A stretch of DNA of 64,000 nucleotides from an uncultured Nanoarchaeota archaeon (lineage in GTDB: Archaea > Nanobdellota > Nanobdellia > Pacearchaeales > GW2011-AR1), in the NCBI GenBank assembly GCA_963743615.1, contig CAVUQF010000002.1, positions 129,697-193,696 on the forward strand. Direction: 5' to 3'. Position 1 is the first letter of the stretch, and each line of letters opens with the position of its first letter. The translations under genes were made by a program, and so were the position numbers. The notes under the pieces were generated by a model that searched no databases, was not told the origin of the DNA, and saw nothing but the letters and a program-made list of their open reading frames with translations. Positions 57,179-64,000 of the stretch are shown one piece after another.

Positions 57179-58327
57179 ATGAATAAGGAGGGTGGAGGAA
57201 TTGTTATCTTCTATATCTTAATTTTTATTATCATATTGGGAAATGTTGGGAATATTATAGCTGATCCAACAATAATAGGAACACCCTCAAGTATGAATAT
57301 TTCTGCAGTAAACTCCTCTGGAACTAGAGTAACTTATCCATTACCAACTGCAACGGACAGTGCCGACATTACAGATCCTGTAGTTTGTATTCCAGTGTCA
57401 GGCTCAATATTTCCCATAAGAACTACATTCGTAACCTGTACTTCCCAAGATAGTAACAACGAAATAAATACTACCAAATTTTATGTAAACGTCACCGCCC
57501 CTACAACTCCTCCAATAATATCTGGAGTGCCAACAATATCACAGCAAGCTACATCTCCATCTGGGGCAGTTACAATTTATAGCTTACCAAATGCAACAGA
57601 TGTTTTTGGAAATCATGCTGCTGTTTCTTGTAATCCCCTATCTGGTTCATTATTTCCAATAGGAACAACAGGTGTAAATTGCACCGCAACAGATGTTTAT
57701 GGCAATAAAGCCACGACTTTGTTATATGTAGTCGTTGAAGCTCCAAAGAATCTTCCAAAGATATCTAGAGTCCCAGCAACTATCACAAAACAGGCTGCTT
57801 CATCTTCGGGGATATCAGTAGTTTATCCCTCCCCTACTGCAATTGATTTATATGGTAATAGCGTTGGTGTTTCATGCAATCCTCCATCTAGTTCAATATT
57901 CCATATAGGTGCAACAAATGTAAATTGCATCGCAATAGACTCTTACGGGAATGAGGTCACATCCTCATTTGACGTCATAATCACCGTTCCTAGAATTCTC
58001 CCAACAATAATAGGAACACCTTCAGATATAACTCAAACCGCAACAAATTCATCTGGTAATGTTATTATATATACAAATCCAACCGCGACGAACGAATTTG
58101 GAGCATCAATTCCCATAAGTTGTAGTCCCAAATCAGGATCACTCTTCCCGATTGGAACATCTGAAGTAACCTGCATGACAGAAGATTCTTATGGAAATAT
58201 CGCAATTTCACATTTTAGTATAATCATCGAAACAAAACTCGCAGAAATTTTAGAATTCTCTGGGATTGTTATAGTTCTTGTGTCAATAGTTATAATTATT
58301 GTATCAAAGAAAAGAAAATCTAAATAA
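57179..58327 (+). CDS. Surface protein with four tandem HYR-like domains and C-terminal TM anchor
   Basis: The module YPLPTATD...C.P.SGS.FPIGTT.V.C...D.YGN is repeated four times. A C-terminal TM (IVIVLVSIVIIIV) with a KKRKSK tail follows. Confidence 0.6.
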   Translation: MNKEGGGIVIFYILIFIIILGNVGNIIADPTIIGTPSSMNISAVNSSGTRVTYPLPTATDSADITDPVVCIPVSGSIFPIRTTFVTCTSQDSNNEINTTKFYVNVTAPTTPPIISGVPTISQQATSPSGAVTIYSLPNATDVFGNHAAVSCNPLSGSLFPIGTTGVNCTATDVYGNKATTLLYVVVEAPKNLPKISRVPATITKQAASSSGISVVYPSPTAIDLYGNSVGVSCNPPSSSIFHIGATNVNCIAIDSYGNEVTSSFDVIITVPRILPTIIGTPSDITQTATNSSGNVIIYTNPTATNEFGASIPISCSPKSGSLFPIGTSEVTCMTEDSYGNIAISHFSIIIETKLAEILEFSGIVIVLVSIVIIIVSKKRKSK

Positions 58328-59303
58328 TCTTTATACCTTTTAAGATCTCTTTAGCGTCTTTATATCCCATAGATATTGCCTTCTTTGCTTTGTCTGAAGA
58401 AAAATCTAAAACTCCAATAGGTAGTTTCTCTTTTGGATTAATTTCAATAATATTTAACCCCTCATAATTTTTATACTCATCGTATAACTTCTTTATCTTC
58501 TTAGTTCTTTTCTTAGAAAGTAGATTTGGGGGGAAGATTTTTGTCTTAAGTAGCTCCTTTAGCACATTTGCCAGTCTTATTTTTTCTCTTATTCCATTTA
58601 TCTCACTTAAATAAGAAGCGGTAAAAATAGTTTCAAGAACTCTCATCCCTGTATGAAATATACTTTTAGATTCAGAGCTCTCCGTTTCAGGAACGTTCAA
58701 AGAAACAGTAAAAAAAGTCTTGCACAATCCGGATTTAATTGCCTCATTTAATGGGAAATTATTTACAAAGCCACCGTCAACTAAGGGATTTGCTATTTCA
58801 TTCTTTTTTAACCCTCCAGATAATTTGTGAGAAGGAAAAATAATAGGAATTGAACAGGAAGACATTAAAGAGTGTATAATCTGCTCATAATCTTTAAAGT
58901 CTTTATTGACTATCTCTCGCTTGCTCTTGAGATCACATGAAATAACAATTAACTTTATTGAAGAATCGATTATCTTTTTGGCTGATTTTTTATCTATTTC
59001 CTCACGCACCAAGTTTTCTAAAGGAGAATTATTAAATAAAGCGCCTCTACCAAAAATATTCTGACTGAAACTTAAAACTCTCTTTGGGCTAATACTCTCC
59101 CAAAGTTCAGTGATTCTACTAATCTTCCCTGCTGCTATTAAAGATGCATTTAATGCCCCCACAGAAGTTCCTGCCGCAAGCTTAAAGGTTACGCCCGCTT
59201 CATTAAGCGCTTTTATAACGCCTGCTTCATAGGCTCCGCCAGTTCCACCTCCTGAAAGAACAATACCAAATCCTTCTTCAGAGTCCAAAGTTATTTCGGT
59301 CAT
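58320..59303 (-). CDS. Patatin-like phospholipase
   Basis: The motifs GGGTGGAYEAG (oxyanion) and GTSVGALNA (GxSxG) are present. Confidence 0.8.
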   Translation of the reverse strand: MTEITLDSEEGFGIVLSGGGTGGAYEAGVIKALNEAGVTFKLAAGTSVGALNASLIAAGKISRITELWESISPKRVLSFSQNIFGRGALFNNSPLENLVREEIDKKSAKKIIDSSIKLIVISCDLKSKREIVNKDFKDYEQIIHSLMSSCSIPIIFPSHKLSGGLKKNEIANPLVDGGFVNNFPLNEAIKSGLCKTFFTVSLNVPETESSESKSIFHTGMRVLETIFTASYLSEINGIREKIRLANVLKELLKTKIFPPNLLSKKRTKKIKKLYDEYKNYEGLNIIEINPKEKLPIGVLDFSSDKAKKAISMGYKDAKEILKGIKII

Positions 59304-59363
59304 AGTATTATATCAATACCAAATTATTTAAGAGTTGTTATTGCTGGAGATAAAGATAATTAA

Positions 59364-59924
59364 TCAAATTTTATCTTTTGTTATCAATCTTTTCGGGAGA
59401 TGAGAGAAATTATTCATGTATTCCATATTCCAGTTATTATATCGTTTGCTCCATAACATACTATGTATCCCCGCATTATGTTGTCTGAAACGGAGTAATT
59501 GCCTTCCCAACGGAATTTGCAGAAGATAACCTACAATTATCTTATTCGTAATTCCGTGAGCAACGATTAGAATTGTCTGATCTTTTTCCTTATCTTGAGA
59601 GATTTTGTCTAGCAGCTTTCTTAATCTCCTTAATCTTCCATTAAACAAGATTTTTAGTCTTGACCTTAAATTCTCACTAGGATATTCATTTAGCTCATCA
59701 AAGGATTCTTTAATTGAAACTTTGATTATTTTAGAAATAATTTCTCCCGTTTGCTTGGCTCTTAATAAATTACTTGTAAAGATCATAGAAATATTCTCTT
59801 TTTTTAGGCTATTTCCAAGATATTTTGCTTGCAGCCTTCCCTTCTTTGTCAGCGCAGAGTCCTCATCTTCACTTATTCCTACATTATTCTCAGATTCACC
59901 ATGCCTTGCAAAGATAATCTTCAT
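59364..59924 (-). CDS. Histidine phosphatase superfamily protein (phosphoglycerate mutase-like)
   Basis: The N-terminal RHGESENN motif and a downstream AHG are present. Confidence 0.7.
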   Translation of the reverse strand: MKIIFARHGESENNVGISEDEDSALTKKGRLQAKYLGNSLKKENISMIFTSNLLRAKQTGEIISKIIKVSIKESFDELNEYPSENLRSRLKILFNGRLRRLRKLLDKISQDKEKDQTILIVAHGITNKIIVGYLLQIPLGRQLLRFRQHNAGIHSMLWSKRYNNWNMEYMNNFSHLPKRLITKDKI

Positions 59925-59990
59925 TGTAGCATAATCTAAAGATTATTATTAAATATTTGCAAAAATTATTAGCGGAACAAACAATTTATT

Positions 59991-60794
59991 CTAATTCTTA
60001 GGATCAATCTCTATTCCTGCCTTTATACCCAATTTTAAACCAGGATTACTGGAACTTAATCCAACCTTGCTTCCAAGGTTAGTTGTGCTTGTTATCTCTG
60101 AAAATTCTGCTCCACCATATAGTTCAACGAAATTGATAATCCCCTTGTCTTTAAGAGGAATATGGACTCCAACATTTAATGAATGATCAATATAAGTCCC
60201 CAAAGTATAATAATCATTTATATCAATCTTTGAAGTGATATTCATAGGCGCATTATTAACTGTATAAGTCTCAGTACCGCTGAACATTGAAACTTCATTC
60301 CCAAAACTAGCAGAGTATTCAGCAAAAAATATATCATCCAAAAAGGAGGCCCTTGCGAAAACACCCGGATTAAAAGAATATTGCGGCGTTTTTATCAAAC
60401 CATAACAACTTTCAGAGTTATCTATTTCCATGCCTTCTGTTACTACACCAATCCCAGAAGTTCCATTAGCCGAAAAATCTGCTTTTGGCCCTACCTTAAA
60501 GCTGAACCAGTCAAAATTAGGATTTCTATATTCTACACCGAGTCTAAGCTCTAAGCTTGCAGCACCAATAAAACCATTCAAACCCATATCTTGCTGTGGA
60601 CTATCTCTAAAGGGGTCACTAACATAATCTGGAACATGTTGTACCGAGAGTGAAGAAGAAGAATTTACATCAGCCGCTAATTGTCCATAAAAGTGAAAAT
60701 CTGAAGCACTTGCTTCTTTTACCGGAACAAAAAGCAAACTACCCGCGAGGACTGCTGCTGCCATTCCAGCCAGTCTGTTTTTCATGCTATTCAA
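59991..60794 (-). CDS. Secreted beta-barrel-like protein with bacterial-type signal peptide (paralog A)
   Basis: The signal peptide is MAAAVLAGSLLFVPVKEASA. Amphipathic beta-strand periodicity runs throughout. It shares motifs with the 60868 protein (KVGPKA, FARASF). Confidence 0.45.
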   Translation of the reverse strand: MNSMKNRLAGMAAAVLAGSLLFVPVKEASASDFHFYGQLAADVNSSSSLSVQHVPDYVSDPFRDSPQQDMGLNGFIGAASLELRLGVEYRNPNFDWFSFKVGPKADFSANGTSGIGVVTEGMEIDNSESCYGLIKTPQYSFNPGVFARASFLDDIFFAEYSASFGNEVSMFSGTETYTVNNAPMNITSKIDINDYYTLGTYIDHSLNVGVHIPLKDKGIINFVELYGGAEFSEITSTTNLGSKVGLSSSNPGLKLGIKAGIEIDPKN

Positions 60795-60867
60795 AACAGC
60801 AGGATATATATAAATCTTATGAAATGTAATTCTTATAAAGTTACAACAGAATTTTTAAAATTCAGAA

Positions 60868-61473
60868 TTATTGGGTTTCCATTCCGAACTCTATCCCAAT
60901 TAAAGGCTTGGCAATCAAAGCTTTACCAGCTTCTTGAAGATCCAATCCAGCAGAAACCTCGCCAAAACCACCATTCATCTTACCAGAAGATGCACCAAAC
61001 ATAGGAACATGAAATCCTGTCTTTGCCCTGTAATCAACACCAGTAGGCTCAGAAGAACCCAGAGTATATCCTTCTAAACTAGTAGAAACCTCGCCAAAAA
61101 CCATCTTTCTGAAAGCAGATGCCCTTGCAAAAAGGCCAAAATTTAGAGAAGGACCATAAGAAGAAACATCACCTTCCTGTGCCGGAAGAGACAAATATGC
61201 CTTAGGGCCAACCTTTAAATCAATTTTACCAAAATCATATCCTAAAGCGGCCTTCAACTCTATGCTACTATTCATAGGAGTTCCCTTGAAAGGGTCGTCA
61301 CCCATGCTAATGTTTCCAGCAGAGTTATTCTGAGCATAAGAAGAGGGACAATTATCTAGACCTGCTCCTGCTCCTACATAACCATAAAGACCTTCAGCAC
61401 CCAATGAAGCGGCAGATAATGCTGCTACCAAAGCAGAGGTACTTGCAATCTTTGCGATTGATCTATTTTTCAT
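60868..61473 (-). CDS. Secreted OMP-type beta-barrel-like protein (paralog B)
   Basis: The signal peptide ends ...AASLGA, followed by EGLYGYVGAGAGLD, which resembles the first strand of bacterial OmpA-like/OmpW 8-strand barrels. Alternating strands include IELKAALGYDFGKIDLKVG and SLNFGLFARASAF. Local GC is about 44%. Confidence 0.45.
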   Translation of the reverse strand: MKNRSIAKIASTSALVAALSAASLGAEGLYGYVGAGAGLDNCPSSYAQNNSAGNISMGDDPFKGTPMNSSIELKAALGYDFGKIDLKVGPKAYLSLPAQEGDVSSYGPSLNFGLFARASAFRKMVFGEVSTSLEGYTLGSSEPTGVDYRAKTGFHVPMFGASSGKMNGGFGEVSAGLDLQEAGKALIAKPLIGIEFGMETQ

Positions 61474-61602
61474 GTTTTTCAGAAGAATTGTGACTATTTA
61501 AATGTTGTGGAATGTAATTCCTATTCAGTTACTACAACTCTCTTTTTTAATTCAAACTCGCAAGTACAATAATATTTAAAAAATCTAGAACCTCTCTTAA
61601 TT

Positions 61603-63204
61603 ATGCACCGAAAGTACATCGTAGTAACGGGGGGAGTTCTTAGTGGTCTTGGAAAAGGTGTCGCTCTTGCAAGCATTGGAAATTTACTTTCTTCGACATA
61701 TAAGGTAATTCCAATTAAATGTGATGGTTATCTTAATGTAGATCCGGGGACCATGAATCCAATAGAGCATGGAGAAGTCTTTGTCCTTGATGACGGTACC
61801 GAAGTGGACATGGACTTTGGGCACTATGAAAGATTTCTTGGAATAAACTGCAAAAATGAATGGAATTTAACAATGGGGAAAGTCTTCAATGCAATCAGGG
61901 AAAAAGAGCGCAGAGGAGACTATCTTGGAAAAACGGTGCAGCTGATTCCTCATGTCTCTAACTATATTACTGAACATTACTTAAAAGTCGGTGAAGATGC
62001 TAATGCTGATGTCGTTTTGATTGAAATTGGAGGCACAGTGGGAGATATGGAAAGTGAACTGTTTATTGAGGCTGCCAGAAATCTTGCGAGAAGAGTGGGG
62101 AAAGAGAATATTATGTATGTACATCTAACTTATATCCCAATACCTTCAGGAGTAAACGAGCAAAAATCAAAACCAACACAGCAAAGTATTCAGATGTTGC
62201 GTCAGAGAGGGATAGAACCTGATTTGATCATTGCAAGATGCAGCGAAATGCTTACAGAGAACATTAAAAACAAAATCGCAATAAGTTGCAACTTAAATCC
62301 TCATGATATCTTAACAGGGCTTGATGTTGATAATCTTTACAAAATCCCTTTGCTATTTGAAGAGCAGGGAATTTGCAAAATTATTTCTAGAAAACTGAAT
62401 ATAACCGTCAATCCCAATCTTGAGAAAGTAAAGGTTCTGATTAATAATTTAGATAATGCCAAAAAAGAAGTTACGATTGCAATAGCAGGGAAGTATACCG
62501 CGTTAGGAGACGCTTATGCAAGTATAATTGAGGCGCTCCACCACTGCGCAGCACATCTCTCAACAAAAATAAACGTAAAATGGATTGAAACTAGCCAGAA
62601 CAATTTTGACTTTAACGGTATTCACGGTTTAATCGTCCCGGGAGCCTTTGGAAGCAGAGGAGCTGAGGGAAAAATTCTTGCAATAAAATATTGCCGTGAA
62701 AATAAAATCCCTTTTCTAGGGATTTGTTATGGTTTACAGATGGCGGTTGTTGAATTTGCCAGAAATGTATGTGGACTTTGTGCAAATAGCACTGAAATTG
62801 ATAAAAACTGTTCAGATCCAGTCATTAATATTTTGGAAGAGCAGAAGAAAGTAATGGATAAAGGAGGAACAATGAGATTAGGAGATTATCCCTCAATTAT
62901 TAGGGCAAATTCATTAGTGCAGGAGTTATATGGTTGTCAAGAGGTTCATGAAAGACATAGGCATCGTTATGAAGTAAATCCAAAATATCAAGAAATACTT
63001 GAAAACAAAGGTTTAATTCTATCCGGAAAATCCCCCGATCAAACTCTTGTTGAATTTATTGAATTATCAAAAGAAGAACATCCCTACTTTGTCGCAACAC
63101 AGGCGCATCCTGAGTTAAAGAGCAGCTTACTTAAACCAGCCCCCTTATTCTTAGGGTTAGTTAATGCTGCATTAAAATTTTCTGAGAAAAATCAGAATAT
63201 ATGA
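61603..63204 (+). CDS. pyrG: CTP synthase
   Basis: The N-terminus YIVVTGGVLSGLGKG belongs to the synthetase domain. A C-terminal GATase domain carries the GICYGLQ motif. Confidence 0.9.
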   Translation: MHRKYIVVTGGVLSGLGKGVALASIGNLLSSTYKVIPIKCDGYLNVDPGTMNPIEHGEVFVLDDGTEVDMDFGHYERFLGINCKNEWNLTMGKVFNAIREKERRGDYLGKTVQLIPHVSNYITEHYLKVGEDANADVVLIEIGGTVGDMESELFIEAARNLARRVGKENIMYVHLTYIPIPSGVNEQKSKPTQQSIQMLRQRGIEPDLIIARCSEMLTENIKNKIAISCNLNPHDILTGLDVDNLYKIPLLFEEQGICKIISRKLNITVNPNLEKVKVLINNLDNAKKEVTIAIAGKYTALGDAYASIIEALHHCAAHLSTKINVKWIETSQNNFDFNGIHGLIVPGAFGSRGAEGKILAIKYCRENKIPFLGICYGLQMAVVEFARNVCGLCANSTEIDKNCSDPVINILEEQKKVMDKGGTMRLGDYPSIIRANSLVQELYGCQEVHERHRHRYEVNPKYQEILENKGLILSGKSPDQTLVEFIELSKEEHPYFVATQAHPELKSSLLKPAPLFLGLVNAALKFSEKNQNI

Positions 63205-63944
63205 GAAAACCAGTTAACAATTGCATTCCACACGTTAACAATCCAACTTGAAGATTGTGTAGGCTGAGTACTTGCCGACGAACTATTATTCTCTTGTGAA
63301 ACAGGGGGAACATTCTGATTGGTGTTGTTTACAAATGTATTCCCCATTCCCGATGGAGAAGAAGAACTGCTGACGGGAATATATCCTGGCCCAGAGTATC
63401 CTATAACACTATATGAAGCAGTTGTAGTTGCCACATTTCCTGAATTACTTGTTACGCTGCATGAGTAAGAATATGCTCCAGGAACGGTTGTTATTGTTGA
63501 GGTTGGTGTTGATGACGCTACTCCAGAGAGTGCACTCCCAGAACAAGTGCACGTAACATTCTGACCAGGAGACAGTGAAGAGGGAGAGCAAGACGCAGAA
63601 ACTGCAGGTGTGCTTGAATCCATGAGCACAACAAAAGAGTTGTTTAATCCTGTATTATTAACACTATCATTAGCATAAACATTTACAACATTATTTCCAT
63701 TGGATAATCCTGTCAAGCTCAGAGTATTATTGCACCAGCCACTTGAAACAGCAACGGTTTGATTAGTCCCTCCATTGATATTCATAATGCACGCACTTCC
63801 GGTTATCCCAGATCCAGCATCGCTAACAAGAACATTTAAAGGTAAAGTAGAGGCGCTATTTTTGGCCGTTGCGTTTGTGTAAACAGGCAAAGTTATGGTT
63901 GGAGGCACAGCATCTACTTCGGTATTCCATGAACTAAGCGTCAT
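63192..63944 (-). CDS. S/T-rich surface protein, likely 5'-truncated by the window edge (paralog of 2306..3736)
   Basis: The protein is S/T/N-rich. It shares the module NVTCTCSGSALSGVASS...YSYSCSV.SNSGN...ASYSV with the 2306 protein. Confidence 0.4.
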   Translation of the reverse strand: MTLSSWNTEVDAVPPTITLPVYTNATAKNSASTLPLNVLVSDAGSGITGSACIMNINGGTNQTVAVSSGWCNNTLSLTGLSNGNNVVNVYANDSVNNTGLNNSFVVLMDSSTPAVSASCSPSSLSPGQNVTCTCSGSALSGVASSTPTSTITTVPGAYSYSCSVTSNSGNVATTTASYSVIGYSGPGYIPVSSSSSPSGMGNTFVNNTNQNVPPVSQENNSSSASTQPTQSSSWIVNVWNAIVNWFSHIF

Positions 63945-64000
63945 TACAGGTATAGTCGAATTATCTAGAGTAGTAATGTTCCAAGTCTGATTTATCTGTG

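Noticed and set aside
1-64000. CRISPR arrays or rRNA genes
   Set aside because: No regularly spaced short direct repeats and no rRNA-like conserved stretches were seen anywhere in the window.

Overview
This 64 kb window is an AT-rich (about 35% GC by eye), gene-dense chromosomal segment from an archaeon. The archaeal assignment rests on ribosomal proteins L10e and L35Ae, a thermosome subunit, an archaeal/eukaryal-type GluRS, a Trm11-like THUMP methyltransferase, an AglB/STT3 oligosaccharyltransferase with the WWDYG motif, an intron-containing tRNA-Tyr with a C1-G72 pair, class III (pilin-type) signal peptides, and TATA boxes about 29 nt upstream of start codons (leaderless transcripts). Housekeeping genes include ScpA-like kleisin, a PP-loop ATPase, a GATase1, NAD kinase, HisRS next to tRNA-His, a short GluRS, an ABC exporter, tRNA-Gly and tRNA-Val, an FAD-linked oxidase, a circularly permuted GTPase, a DEAD-box helicase, a patatin-like lipase, a histidine phosphatase and CTP synthase. 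Accessory content is rich. A roughly 5.9 kb integrated element is bounded by a 16-nt direct repeat of the 5' end of tRNA-Tyr and carries a tyrosine integrase and a split D5/P4-like primase-helicase. There are many N-glycosylation-sequon-rich surface proteins with C-terminal membrane anchors, including He_PIG and HYR repeat proteins, one with a perfect 269-nt tandem duplication. Three secreted proteins look like bacterial-type outer-membrane beta-barrels, which is unexpected in an archaeon. Several genes are broken exactly at homopolymer tracts or by an in-frame TAG. An uncharacterised five-gene operon ends in a Pol-beta-type nucleotidyltransferase that has a larger paralog nearby. No rRNA genes and no CRISPR arrays were seen. 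Many short nested or antisense ORFs in the six-frame track look spurious and are not reported.
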